64,000 nt of DNA from Bacteroidales bacterium (GTDB lineage: Bacteria > Bacteroidota > Bacteroidia > Bacteroidales > WCHB1-69). Below, piece after piece: positions 44,905 through 54,052 of this stretch. Each line of letters begins with the position of its first letter. The first letter of the stretch is position 1. A program made the position numbers and the translations under genes. The notes beneath the pieces are model-generated. The model was not told where the DNA came from. It saw only the letters and a list, made by a program, of their open reading frames with translations, and did no database searches. The stretch covers positions 32,283 through 96,282 of the forward strand of contig JAFZZK010000048.1 in the NCBI GenBank assembly GCA_017615795.1, read 5' to 3'.

Positions 44905-46293
44905 TTACTTAAAGAAGAATCGATGGAAATCCAATCCTAACGCATAGACCATCAGCAGGATGAGCAGCACGAAGCCGATGGTGTTGGCGATGCCGAGGAA
45001 CTTGTCGGATGGCTTCCGACCAGTGATCATCTCCACGAGGATGAAGAGGATGTAGCCGCCGTCGAGGGCTGGAATGGGGATGATGTTCATAAAGGCGAGG
45101 ATGATGCCCAACAGGGCGGTCATGTTCCAGAAGCGCTCCCAGTCCCACGTCTTCGGGAAGATGCTGCCGATGGTCAGGAAGCTGCCCAACTGTGTGGAAC
45201 CCTCCTTGGTGAAGACGATCTTGAACTGTTTCACGTAGTCGGCGAGGGTTTGGAAGCCCATCACGATGCCTTTGGGAATGGATTCGAAGAAGCCGTATTC
45301 CTCCTTCACGCTGCCGAAATACTCGTAGGGCAGCTTGTAGGAGACGCCCATGTTGCCGATAGAGTCGAGGGTGACAGTGCTGTGGCAGAGACTGTCGCCG
45401 CGGTAGTAGGTGAGCTCCACGGGCTTGTTCTTGTTCTCGTTGAAGACCTTCTTGTAGTCGAAGAAGCAGAAGGTGACGGAGTCGTTGACGGCCACAAGGC
45501 TGTCGCCGCGCATCAGTCCGGCGCGCGCCGCGGGCGTGGCGGGCAGCACACTGTCAATGACGAATGGGATGCGGTAGTTGCAGAATGCACTGTTGGTGCC
45601 GGCGCCCACAATCTTACGGGGCAGTGACTTGGGGATGCGGATGAGCTTCCGCTCACCGTCGCGTTCCACCGTCACGGTCTTGACGTCTTCCAAGAGAATG
45701 TCGTTGGCGAAGTCGCCCAGGGTTTGAGGTTTATAGTCGTTGATTAATAATATTTTATCGCCGTTGCGGAAGCCTGCATCCTGCATCTCTTGGGAGAACT
45801 CGAGGCCGTACTTGGCGTTCTCGAGGGGGATGTACTCGCGGCCGTAGGTGAAGCAGAGGGCGATGTAGATGATGATGGCGGAGAGGAAGTTGACCAGCAC
45901 GCCGCCAATGATGATGAAGAAACGCTGCCAGGCGGGCTTGGCGCGGAACTCCCACTCGTGGACATCCTCGCCAAGGTCGGAAGCCTTCGTGGTCTCGTCC
46001 ACCATGCCGTTGATGGAGCAGTAGCCGCCCAGAGGCAGCCATCCCAAACCCCATTCGGTGCTTTCCGGGTGGTCGGCCCACTCCTTGGGCGCGCGGCCGG
46101 AGAAGAAACTGAAATGGTTCTTCCCGTCGTATCGCTTGAAGCGCATGATGGAAAAACCGGGGTTGAAGAAGAGGTAGAACTGGTCCACACGTGTCTTGAA
46201 GATCTTGGCAAAGGTGAAATGTCCCAGTTCATGCGTTAGGATCAGGAAAGAGAGGCTGGCGACCAGCCCTAATATCTGTGTTGCTACGCCCAT
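44905..46293 (-). CDS. rseP: RIP metalloprotease RseP (site-2 protease)
   Basis: Start at MGVATQILGLVASLSFLILTHELGHFTFAKIF (HExxH). PDZ-containing middle region. C-terminal NIIPIPALDGG motif. Confidence 0.9.
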   Translation of the reverse strand: MGVATQILGLVASLSFLILTHELGHFTFAKIFKTRVDQFYLFFNPGFSIMRFKRYDGKNHFSFFSGRAPKEWADHPESTEWGLGWLPLGGYCSINGMVDETTKASDLGEDVHEWEFRAKPAWQRFFIIIGGVLVNFLSAIIIYIALCFTYGREYIPLENAKYGLEFSQEMQDAGFRNGDKILLINDYKPQTLGDFANDILLEDVKTVTVERDGERKLIRIPKSLPRKIVGAGTNSAFCNYRIPFVIDSVLPATPAARAGLMRGDSLVAVNDSVTFCFFDYKKVFNENKNKPVELTYYRGDSLCHSTVTLDSIGNMGVSYKLPYEYFGSVKEEYGFFESIPKGIVMGFQTLADYVKQFKIVFTKEGSTQLGSFLTIGSIFPKTWDWERFWNMTALLGIILAFMNIIPIPALDGGYILFILVEMITGRKPSDKFLGIANTIGFVLLILLMVYALGLDFHRFFFK

Positions 46294-46317
46294 GGTCGTG
46301 TCAATTTTTATAAGGCC

Positions 46318-46325
46318 GCAAAGAT
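46318..46325 (-). promoter_or_regulatory. -7 box (TATCTTTG) for rseP and the genes behind it
   Basis: Reverse complement of caaagata, about 25 nt upstream of ATG 46293. Confidence 0.5.
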
Positions 46326-46435
46326 ACGATTTTTTTTGCAGGACCAATGCACATGTTGGTCAAGCTGTACTGTTCAACGTCTATGCCTGTGCTGAGAATT
46401 TTTTCAAATGTTCTCTTCCTTAACTATACATTGTA

Positions 46436-47119
46436 TTACAGAGGAAAAGAATACTCGGAGGATTCCGTCAGCCGCTCAAATTGGTTGTTGGGACGGATAG
46501 GGTAGTAGTGCCCGTTGACCCAAAGGATGAGGGTGTTTTTGTAGTGGAACAATTTGGCGTTTGTGGGATTCAATCCTTTGATTTTAACGGTGTTGCCTGA
46601 ATGCTGGTATGTCATCCTGTTTCGGATTGGCGTCGTCCATTGTTGCACTTGCAGGGTGGATGGCATCTGGTCAGGCACCGCAATCTCCTGCTTGTCGTTG
46701 TTGAGGTAATGGATGTGGACGTTGAAATTAGACAGCATCTTGTCGGCAGCGACCTCCTCGCGATAGTCGGGGTCGTCACTCATATACAGCCCTTCATAGT
46801 CCATGGTGAGATCTTCGCTTTCGTCCATCATGATGATCGAGTCTCCAGACAGGGAGTCGAGACTTTGGTTGGCGAGCTCATCAGCCGTCGTGGGTTCATA
46901 CTTGTGGATGACATACTTGACCACGGTGTCGTTGCCACGCGTCGCTGTGGTGTCGGGGGGGATCATGTTCACAATGGTCGGATGATGAAAGCCTGTAACA
47001 TCGAGAACCAGCAGGGTGATGATGGCACCAAACAACAATCCGATAAGGCTCGCGATTATGAAAACGGTGCCCTTGTTCGGAGTCTTGGAGGGTTTGTCGT
47101 GGCTGTCTTGTGATTCCAT
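46436..47119 (-). CDS. Membrane-anchored hypothetical protein
   Basis: 227 aa. Charged N-terminus followed by a single TM segment (VFIIASLIGLLFGAIITLLVL). No family recognised. Confidence 0.55.
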   Translation of the reverse strand: MESQDSHDKPSKTPNKGTVFIIASLIGLLFGAIITLLVLDVTGFHHPTIVNMIPPDTTATRGNDTVVKYVIHKYEPTTADELANQSLDSLSGDSIIMMDESEDLTMDYEGLYMSDDPDYREEVAADKMLSNFNVHIHYLNNDKQEIAVPDQMPSTLQVQQWTTPIRNRMTYQHSGNTVKIKGLNPTNAKLFHYKNTLILWVNGHYYPIRPNNQFERLTESSEYSFPL

Positions 47120-47139
47120 TCTTTTGCAAAAAGAGGTTG

Positions 47140-47147
47140 CAAAAGTA
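47140..47147 (-). promoter_or_regulatory. -7 box (TACTTTTG) for the 47119 gene
   Basis: Reverse complement of caaaagta, about 20 nt upstream of ATG 47119. Confidence 0.45.
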
Positions 47148-47161
47148 CAAAAAATCTTTAT

Positions 47162-47707
47162 TTATTCCACAATAATCTGGCTGTTTCTGCTCTTGAGTTG
47201 CTCCTCGGAGGGCTGCATCTGTGTGATGGTGTCCACACTGATGGTGACGGGACGGCCATAGAGGCGTTCGCGTGTCTTCGGAGTCGAGGGCTGCGTGACG
47301 GGTTGTAGCTTGGCGGGAAGTGCCGTTGGTTCCGCATTGGCGGGGACATCGTGTGTGGCTTTTTTACGGGTTGTTCCCGTCACCTGGCTGTTCCCCTCTC
47401 CGGACGGATTGCATGGTGTCTGGTTAATGGTGTCCGGTATGTCGTATTCGCTGCTGTCTGCGGTCGTTGCGGCAATTTCCGTGGGGACAGGTTCGAGCGG
47501 ACTGGATGCGGGTGCGGCATGACGGATTATGCCCCAAGTGACCAAGGCGATTACAGCCACTCCGGCAAGAGAGAGAGCTGCGATTTGCACACCTGAAAGA
47601 GCCGTGTGCAATCCACTGCCGCGAAGGAATTGTCTCCACGCCGCGTGGCGGTAGGGGTAGTCGGTCTGCTCGACCTTTTGCTTGAGTAATTCGTCAAATT
47701 CAGTCAT
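47162..47707 (-). CDS. Putative anti-sigma factor (single-pass membrane protein)
   Basis: 181 aa. Starts 12 bp after the ECF sigma gene stop. One TM segment (IAALSLAGVAVIALVTWGII). Pro/Thr-rich extracytoplasmic tail. Confidence 0.55.
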   Translation of the reverse strand: MTEFDELLKQKVEQTDYPYRHAAWRQFLRGSGLHTALSGVQIAALSLAGVAVIALVTWGIIRHAAPASSPLEPVPTEIAATTADSSEYDIPDTINQTPCNPSGEGNSQVTGTTRKKATHDVPANAEPTALPAKLQPVTQPSTPKTRERLYGRPVTISVDTITQMQPSEEQLKSRNSQIIVE

Positions 47708-47719
47708 ACGCTTCTGTCT

Positions 47720-48280
47720 TTATTCGTTGTTGAGTTGTTGAATCTTGTTCTTGATGCGGGTGCGGGCGGCGTTGACGTGCCATGCTGAGGTGCCCTCGCT
47801 GATGTTCAGCTGCTGGGCGATTTCAGCGTGCGAGAAGCCGTCGAACACGAAGAGGTTGAAGACCGTTCGTGTGGTGGTGGGCAGTTTCTGTATCAACGCC
47901 ATCACTTCATCCGCGCTCATGCGCCCCAGGGCGGCGTTGACATCATAACCTGCGGCCGTGTTGTCGGCCACCTCCTCCAAGTCGGTGAATCCCACGTTGG
48001 CGTCGTACTTGCGCCGGTGGTCCAAGGCGGCGTTCACCATCACCCGCTTCATCCAAGATTCGAAAGAACCAGTCGTTTCATACTTCCCGATGTTCGTGAA
48101 CACCTTCATGAAACCTTCACTGAGCATGTCCTCCGCCTCGTCGGTGCTGTCTGCATAGCGCATGCACAGACGGAGCATCGGGCTGTAGAAATGCTTGAAC
48201 AGCTTGTGCTGCGCGCGGCGGCTGCCTTCCTTGCAACCTTCGACCCAGCGGGCTAACTCTTCATTTCTACGTTCGCTCAT
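47720..48280 (-). CDS. ECF-subfamily RNA polymerase sigma-70 factor
   Basis: 186 aa. A region 2-like segment is present, plus a region 4 HTH (FSHAEIAQQLNISEGTSAWHVNAARTRIK). Confidence 0.85.
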   Translation of the reverse strand: MSERRNEELARWVEGCKEGSRRAQHKLFKHFYSPMLRLCMRYADSTDEAEDMLSEGFMKVFTNIGKYETTGSFESWMKRVMVNAALDHRRKYDANVGFTDLEEVADNTAAGYDVNAALGRMSADEVMALIQKLPTTTRTVFNLFVFDGFSHAEIAQQLNISEGTSAWHVNAARTRIKNKIQQLNNE

Positions 48281-48396
48281 GTAGTATAACGGAATTTGTG
48301 AAACAAATCTTGGGTAGGAATTGTTTTTTTTTTGAAAAATAAAACGAATGTTCCCTTTATTTATTATGATTGTGCAAATTGAAGCCCGTTGTGCCC

Positions 48397-49848
48397 CTAT
48401 GCATACAGATTGTCTTCATCGTGCCGGTGGTTGGCGTACCAAGCCTGTGCGAAGAAGGGGTTGTGTTTGGCCTGGTGGTCGTAGTTCCACGCGGGCGGCA
48501 GGCATTCGGGGCAGAAATGGCCGCCCCAGAGCATCAGCTTGGGCGACATGCGGTAGCGGTGCCCGTCGTGGCACTCCCATTCCAGCTGCTTCTCGGGGTT
48601 GCCGTCGTATTCTGGGGATATCAGCCTGGAACCTCGGAACGCGCCGGCTTGCCGCAGCTCTTCGGTTGTCAGCTGTTCCAAGGGCTTGCTTTCGTCATAG
48701 CCGTGGTCCATGCGTTTGGCCATGGCAGGGTCTTTCGACACGGAAAGGTCCATCTCTTTCCACTTGGGGATACGCTCCCATTGTTCCCGTCCGCCGAAGA
48801 AGGCCTTGACGCGCTGCTCGTCGTGTTTGAGCCACCATTGGGTGCCATATTTCTTCTTGTACGCCATCGGCAGCATGGCTGCCTTGATGATGGGCGCGGG
48901 CACGATGCCCGCCAACTTGAAGTACTTGGGCAGCCGGTCGCCCATCTGTCGGAAATACTCGTCCACGGGTATGTTGGCGCGGAAATGGAGATACGTTTCC
49001 AACTGGTCGGCGTCCAAGTAGAACTGTCCGTGGAAATTACGCAGCACGAACCACTTGGGGTTGAAAATTTTCTCGGGACTGGGACAGTGGATGGCCTTGA
49101 GCAGCCTGCTCTCGAACTCGTAGTTGCTGAGACGGTAGTCGGGGCCGCTGCTGATGTTGTAGAACCGGTTCCAGAATTCGTCGGGCAGATCCATGGTGCA
49201 GAGGTTGGACAGCAGCCGTCCCGAGTCTTCGATGGTGGCCCACTCCAGGGTGCCCATGATGGGCACGTGAAACATGATGGGGTCGTATTTCTTGAGGATG
49301 CCGGGGTAGAGGATGCCCGACTGCCGAAGGCTGACCCAGCGCTTGAGACCTGCATCTGCGAAAATGCGCTCGGCGACGATCTTGCTGACGCTGTAGTAGT
49401 CATAGACGCCTGCCAGGACGGGGTCTCCAGTGCGTCCCCACCGGGTGCCGGCCCCGCGGTCGGAGGTCTGTGCCACCGAGCCGATATAGACCGCCCGGAT
49501 CTCGTCGGCGTTGGGCTGCGCCTGTATGGCCTTCACCACGTTTTGTGAGGACGTGACGTTCACTTTCAGCGTCTTCTCGGGGTAGTAGTCGGCCTCGGGG
49601 GAGACCATCCCTCCCACATGGAGCACATAGTCCGCCCCTGTCACGCCCTTCAACACATCCTCATAGTTCATCAGGTCGCCCCACACAATCTTGATGCGGT
49701 CCTGCAATGGGGCCAACTTCTTGATATTCTTTTCACTATGACGCGCCAACACGACAATGTCGAGCTGATCCTCGTGCTTCAGCATCTCCTGCAGTCCGGC
49801 CCAGCCCATGAGGCCCGTCGCGCCCGTCAGGAAAATGGTCCTTTTCAT
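48397..49848 (-). CDS. NAD-dependent epimerase/dehydratase (extended SDR) family protein with C-terminal Cys/His-rich extension
   Basis: 483 aa. Rossmann motif IFLTGATGLMGWAG. C-terminal WECHDGHRYRMSPKLMLWGGHFCPEC resembles a zinc ribbon. Confidence 0.7.
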   Translation of the reverse strand: MKRTIFLTGATGLMGWAGLQEMLKHEDQLDIVVLARHSEKNIKKLAPLQDRIKIVWGDLMNYEDVLKGVTGADYVLHVGGMVSPEADYYPEKTLKVNVTSSQNVVKAIQAQPNADEIRAVYIGSVAQTSDRGAGTRWGRTGDPVLAGVYDYYSVSKIVAERIFADAGLKRWVSLRQSGILYPGILKKYDPIMFHVPIMGTLEWATIEDSGRLLSNLCTMDLPDEFWNRFYNISSGPDYRLSNYEFESRLLKAIHCPSPEKIFNPKWFVLRNFHGQFYLDADQLETYLHFRANIPVDEYFRQMGDRLPKYFKLAGIVPAPIIKAAMLPMAYKKKYGTQWWLKHDEQRVKAFFGGREQWERIPKWKEMDLSVSKDPAMAKRMDHGYDESKPLEQLTTEELRQAGAFRGSRLISPEYDGNPEKQLEWECHDGHRYRMSPKLMLWGGHFCPECLPPAWNYDHQAKHNPFFAQAWYANHRHDEDNLYA

Positions 49849-49905
49849 GTTGATTTGTTGAATTGTTGATTCCTAAAATGTCACTCTTATCTCAAGTTCT
49901 GTTTG

Positions 49906-52812
49906 CTAATATCCGAAAATATCCTCTAATGTCAGCTTGGTGACGGGACCGAACATCTTGGCAATGGCGTCGAGATCCACTTCGCCGTCGGTGGCAAGGA
50001 TCATGTAGGTCTTGGGCTTGTCTTTGATGTATTGCTTGTTGAACTTGACGATGTCGCCGATGGTGAAGCCGTCAATCAGTTCGTAGAAATCCTTGCGATA
50101 GTCGTGGTTGATGCCCATGCGACGGTTGTTGAGGTAGGTGTTGAGGATGGACATTTTGGTGATGCGGTTGGTGGCGATGCTGTTGCGCGCGCCCTCCTTG
50201 GCCAGATCGAAGGCGCTTTGTGATACGGGCATGGCGTTGAACAGCGAGTCGAAGGCGGTCAGGGCGTCCAGAATCTTGTCATTCTGGGTGCCGATGAACG
50301 AGTAGTTGTACATGTAGGCCGCGGTGTCGGAAGGAATCGAGAAGGAGGATTGGGCTGTGTAGGCCAAAGAGCGCTTCTCGCGCATCTCTTGGAAGACGAT
50401 GGCATTCATGCTGCCGCCGAAGTATTGGTTGTACATCCGGGAAATGGGGATGAGGTCGGTGTTGAGTTTTCCGGCGCGGTTGATGGTGATCAGGCGCGAT
50501 TGCTTGGCGGGGTAGGGGGCGTAGTAGACCACATTGCGGTCTGTAGGCAGGCGGTCGAACTTCTTGGCGGGCGGTGGCGTGCCGAAACTCTTGGGAAGCT
50601 TGTAGTTGGCGGCGAGCGTCTTCTTGAGCTGCTTCACCGTGGCCGGTCCGTAATAGAGGATTTCCGGCTTGTAGCTGAAAAGTCGGCGCAACGACTGGAG
50701 CAGCTGTTCGCCTGTGAGCTGCTGCAGCTGCTCGTTGCTGAGCTGGTATTGTACTAACTCGGGCCCATATTCGCAGTAGGTGCGCAAGCATTCCAGGACG
50801 CTGTTTTGTGAGGACTTGGCGTTCTTGCGCTGCAACAAGACATCGTCGATGAGGTTCTGCATGGCCTTGGCGTCGGGCACGGCGTTGTTCACCACATCTG
50901 TCATCAGCTTGAGGGCTTTGTCCATGTTGTGGCCAAGGCCGCTAATCGTCACGTAGGTTTCATCGTCGGAGCAGGAGATGCTGTAGTTGCAGGCTAATGT
51001 GTAGAAATCGGTCTTGATTCGCTCCACCGTGCGGTCGGGCGTGGCCAAGTTGTTGATGTAGCGGGCGGCATACGGCAACAGGATGTCGTTCATCTCGCCG
51101 GCGGGGAAGACCATGCGCAAGGTGAAGGTCTGGTCCTCGTTGTTGTGCAGGTAGTCGATGGGCACATTCTTGTATTGGTCAAAAGTAATGGCCTTTTGGA
51201 AATCGACGAACACAGGTTTGATGGGCTTGACAGGACGTGCCTTGAGCTTGGTGAAGAAGTCGGACTCGGCATCCCTGTTCACCTGGATGGCCGTGATGGC
51301 GGGCTTGGTTACCTTGGCGGTTTCCTTGGGCTCGCCTTGGCGTTTGTAGACCACTACATAGTTGTTGTCTTTGAAATAGCGGTTGGCGAATTTGACAATG
51401 TCCTCCTTGGTGACTTTTTTGTAGTATTCGAGTTCCTGCGAGGCATGGTACCAGTCGATGTCGTTCTCGAAAGCATGAGCCATGGCGTTGGCACGGGAGC
51501 GGTTGCTCTGGAGCTGGCGCATTTTGGAGGCCTCGATGTTGTTGATGGCGGCCTGCAGCAGCGACTCGTCGAACTGGCCTTTCTTGATGAGCTCGAGTTG
51601 GGCGAGCATCAGGTCGCGCACCTCTTCGAGTGTCTGGCCGTCGTTGGGCCGGCCGGAGAGCACGTAGGCCGAGTTGTCGCATAGGCTGTAGAGATAGGCG
51701 GAGGCGCGGGAGGCGAGGTGCTTTTGGGTGATGTTGAGGTCCATGAGGCCGCAGCGGCCGTTGGACAGAACGTTGTCGAGCATCTCGACGATGTAGAGGT
51801 CGCGGTGGTTGGCGGGCAGGTCGAGGCGGAAGGAGACCGTCACAAACTCGGCCTCATGCCCCGTCACCTCCCGTACAACAGGCGTGGTGATGGTTCTCTC
51901 CTTGGCCACGGCGTAATGCGGCACCTCCTTGCTCTTGAGCTGTCCGAAATATTTGTCAATGATGGCGATTGCCTCGTCATAGTCGAAATCGCCGGCCAAA
52001 CACACGGCCATGTTGTTGGGCACGTAGTAGGTGTCGAAAAAACGGCGGATGTTGGTCAGAGAGGGGTTCTTGAGGTGCTCGGTGCTGCCGAGGGTGGTCT
52101 GCTGCCCGTAGGGGTTGTTGGGGAAGAGAGCGTTGAGCATCGCCTCGGAAGCCTTGCGGCTGTCGCTGGACAGCGACCGGTTTTTCTCCTCATAGACGGT
52201 CTCCAATTCGGTGTGGAAGATGCGGAACACGGGATTCGCGAAGCGGTCGGCTTGGATGTAGGCCCAGTTCTCCAATTGGTTGGAGGGGATGTCCTCAATG
52301 TAGACGGTGTAGTCGTTGGAAGTGGCGGCGTTGGTGCCCTGCGAGCCGATGAACTTCATCATCTTGTCGTACTCGTTGGGGATGGCGTAGCCCGAGGCGA
52401 CGTAGGAGAGACTGTCGATGATGCGGTAGATGCTGTCGCGGTCCTTCTTCTCGTGGGTGCGGCGATACACCTCGAATTGTCGTTCGATTTCGTCAAGCAG
52501 GGGTTTCTCGGCATCGTAGTCGAGGGTGCCGAAATGTTGGGACCCCTTGAACATGAGGTGTTCGAGGTAGTGCGCCAGACCTGTGGTCTCGGCAGGGTCG
52601 TTCTTGCTGCCCACCCGAACGGGAATGAGCGTCTGGATTCGCGGGGCGTCCTTGTAAACCGACAGATAGACCTTGAGGCCGTTGTCAAGCGTGTAGATGC
52701 GGACGTTCATCGCATCGTGCGAGTAGCTGATGTAATCGTAGTGCTTCTGGGCCTGCAAGAACATCGGCAAGGCCAATATCATTGCTGTGAAAAGGAGGAG
52801 GAATCGTTTCAT
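49906..52812 (-). CDS. M16 (insulinase/pitrilysin) family zinc peptidase, two-unit fusion
   Basis: 968 aa. Signal peptide present. Inverted zinc motif GLAHYLEHLMFKGS (HxxEH). Confidence 0.85.
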   Translation of the reverse strand: MKRFLLLFTAMILALPMFLQAQKHYDYISYSHDAMNVRIYTLDNGLKVYLSVYKDAPRIQTLIPVRVGSKNDPAETTGLAHYLEHLMFKGSQHFGTLDYDAEKPLLDEIERQFEVYRRTHEKKDRDSIYRIIDSLSYVASGYAIPNEYDKMMKFIGSQGTNAATSNDYTVYIEDIPSNQLENWAYIQADRFANPVFRIFHTELETVYEEKNRSLSSDSRKASEAMLNALFPNNPYGQQTTLGSTEHLKNPSLTNIRRFFDTYYVPNNMAVCLAGDFDYDEAIAIIDKYFGQLKSKEVPHYAVAKERTITTPVVREVTGHEAEFVTVSFRLDLPANHRDLYIVEMLDNVLSNGRCGLMDLNITQKHLASRASAYLYSLCDNSAYVLSGRPNDGQTLEEVRDLMLAQLELIKKGQFDESLLQAAINNIEASKMRQLQSNRSRANAMAHAFENDIDWYHASQELEYYKKVTKEDIVKFANRYFKDNNYVVVYKRQGEPKETAKVTKPAITAIQVNRDAESDFFTKLKARPVKPIKPVFVDFQKAITFDQYKNVPIDYLHNNEDQTFTLRMVFPAGEMNDILLPYAARYINNLATPDRTVERIKTDFYTLACNYSISCSDDETYVTISGLGHNMDKALKLMTDVVNNAVPDAKAMQNLIDDVLLQRKNAKSSQNSVLECLRTYCEYGPELVQYQLSNEQLQQLTGEQLLQSLRRLFSYKPEILYYGPATVKQLKKTLAANYKLPKSFGTPPPAKKFDRLPTDRNVVYYAPYPAKQSRLITINRAGKLNTDLIPISRMYNQYFGGSMNAIVFQEMREKRSLAYTAQSSFSIPSDTAAYMYNYSFIGTQNDKILDALTAFDSLFNAMPVSQSAFDLAKEGARNSIATNRITKMSILNTYLNNRRMGINHDYRKDFYELIDGFTIGDIVKFNKQYIKDKPKTYMILATDGEVDLDAIAKMFGPVTKLTLEDIFGY

Positions 52813-52856
52813 TCGAGAGGATTTTAGGGGTTAATGGTTGTTTTTAAACATTGCCG

Positions 52857-52864
52857 CAAAAATA
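52857..52864 (-). promoter_or_regulatory. -7 box (TATTTTTG) for the M16 peptidase gene
   Basis: Reverse complement of caaaaata, about 45 nt upstream of ATG 52812. Confidence 0.5.
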
Positions 52865-52898
52865 CATTTTTTGTTGGATAATTGTTTTCGTTGGGTTT

Positions 52899-52962
52899 CG
52901 TTGGGGGTGCCGTTTGATTTCGTTGGGGGTGCCGTTTGATTTCGTTGGGTGCCGTTTGATTT
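52899..52962. repeat. Three tandem ~22-bp units (CGTTGGGGGTGCCGTTTGATTT)
   Basis: Copies at 52899-52920, 52921-52942 and 52943-52962 (the last 2 bp shorter). The GGTGCCGTTTGATTT core recurs at about 53753 on the other side of the transposase gene. Confidence 0.75.
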
Positions 52963-52988
52963 TCGATTGATTTTGATTGGTGCCGATT

Positions 52989-53018
52989 TGTAGAGACGTT
53001 TCACGAAACGTCTCTACA
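52989..53018. repeat. REP-like 30-nt palindrome (copy 1)
   Basis: TGTAGAGACGTTTC-ac-GAAACGTCTCTACA has 14-bp arms and is preceded by GATTGGTGCCGATT. Confidence 0.85.
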
Positions 53019-53063
53019 AACCAACCAACCGGAACACCCCCCCCCGTGAAATATGAAACGTCC

Positions 53064-53666
53064 CTACCTGCATTTGTCAAATATCCATTTCGCCACATTG
53101 TTTTCAATGTATTGTGCAATCCCGTTCAATTCTTCGTTGTTTCGGATGATATGGTCGTGAAAACGGGCTTGCCAGCCGAATTGGATGGAATTTGCCTTGG
53201 CAAAACGTGTGACGGATGCCTTAAACATCCTGATGACAACCGACAGCCACGTTTGCATTTGGGTCGCGAATTGTGTGGACGTTCCTTTTTTTTGCGGTTC
53301 AATATCCTCCACGTCATCCTCGTCGCCCGTCATCACACCGTTGTTGATTCCATATAATGATTCAATGGAACGTTTGTTGTGGGGGGTCTTGCCGCTGTCT
53401 ATCGATACGATTGCGTGTATGTGGTTCGGCATCACCACGAACAAGGGAACGTCTGCGTAGGGATGATGATCGGGTGTTTGCTGGATACAATCCTGTGCAT
53501 AAATGCCGATTGCGGATAATCTCATTCCTTTTTTATCGATTTCTCCGAAATAATGTTCTCTGTTTTTCGTGCATATAGTCACAAAATATAGTCCGCCGTC
53601 ATAATCGTGCCAGTCTGCCCGCGCAGACGGGATTCGGTATTTGTTGAAAAAATAAATGTTATCCAT
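53064..53666 (-). CDS. REP-associated tyrosine transposase (IS200-like Y1 / HUH family)
   Basis: 200 aa. HUH motif VMPNHIHAIV. C-terminal catalytic Tyr context IAQYIENNVAKW. N-terminal YFVTICTKNREHYFG is typical of RAYT/IS200-like proteins. Confidence 0.8.
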   Translation of the reverse strand: MDNIYFFNKYRIPSARADWHDYDGGLYFVTICTKNREHYFGEIDKKGMRLSAIGIYAQDCIQQTPDHHPYADVPLFVVMPNHIHAIVSIDSGKTPHNKRSIESLYGINNGVMTGDEDDVEDIEPQKKGTSTQFATQMQTWLSVVIRMFKASVTRFAKANSIQFGWQARFHDHIIRNNEELNGIAQYIENNVAKWIFDKCR

Positions 53667-53794
53667 AATGATTGAAAATTTATGCCCGCAAAAATATAAT
53701 AATTATTTAAATTATTTCATTTTTTTGAAATATTGTCCGCGATTGTTTGGATTGGTGCCGTTTGATTTCCGTTTGATTTCGATTGGTGCCGATT

Positions 53795-53824
53795 TGTAGA
53801 GACGTTTAATGAAACGTCTCTACA
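53795..53824. repeat. REP-like 30-nt palindrome (copy 2)
   Basis: TGTAGAGACGTTTA-at-GAAACGTCTCTACA, preceded by GATTGGTGCCGATT. Confidence 0.85.
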
Positions 53825-53988
53825 ATCCCGGGACCGATCGTGCGCCAATCCCGGGACCGATCGTGCGCCAATCCCGGGACCGATCGTGCGCCAATCCCGG
53901 GACCGATCGTGTGCCAATCCCGGGACCGATCGTGCGCCAATCCCGGGACCGATCGTGTGCCAATCCCGGGACCGATCGTGCGCCAATC
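53824..53988. repeat. Tandem array, 7 full copies of a 23-bp unit (AATCCCGGGACCGATCGTGCGCC) plus a 4-nt partial copy
   Basis: Unit starts at 53824, 53847, 53870, 53893, 53916, 53939 and 53962. Copies 4 and 6 carry GTGTGCC instead of GTGCGCC. Each unit contains CCCGGG and CGATCG palindromes. The period is not a multiple of 3, so all frames stay open, which explains the cluster of overlapping ORFs in the track. Confidence 0.9.
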
Positions 53989-54052
53989 ATGGTAACGAAT
54001 ACCAATATTGTCCCATTTCGGCATCATTCCCCTGGCGTATCCATTATTTGAT

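Larger units (their letters stand above)
52989..53824. mobile_element. RAYT unit: IS200-like Y1 transposase gene bracketed by two REP palindromes
   Basis: Identical 14-bp-arm palindromes lie at 52989-53018 and 53795-53824. Both are preceded by the same GATTGGTGCCGATT flank, and they enclose ORF 53064..53666. Confidence 0.7.

Noticed and set aside
52844-53119. A 91-aa minus-strand ORF across the 22-bp repeats and REP copy 1.
   Set aside because: It starts (MHNT...) inside the 3' end of the RAYT gene and reads through REP copy 1, the 22-bp repeats and the M16 promoter box (...KMYFCGNV at its C-terminal end). It spans non-coding repeats.
53824-53988. Possible CRISPR array.
   Set aside because: The repeats are directly adjacent with no unique spacers. 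The unit is 23 bp. No cas genes are in the window.
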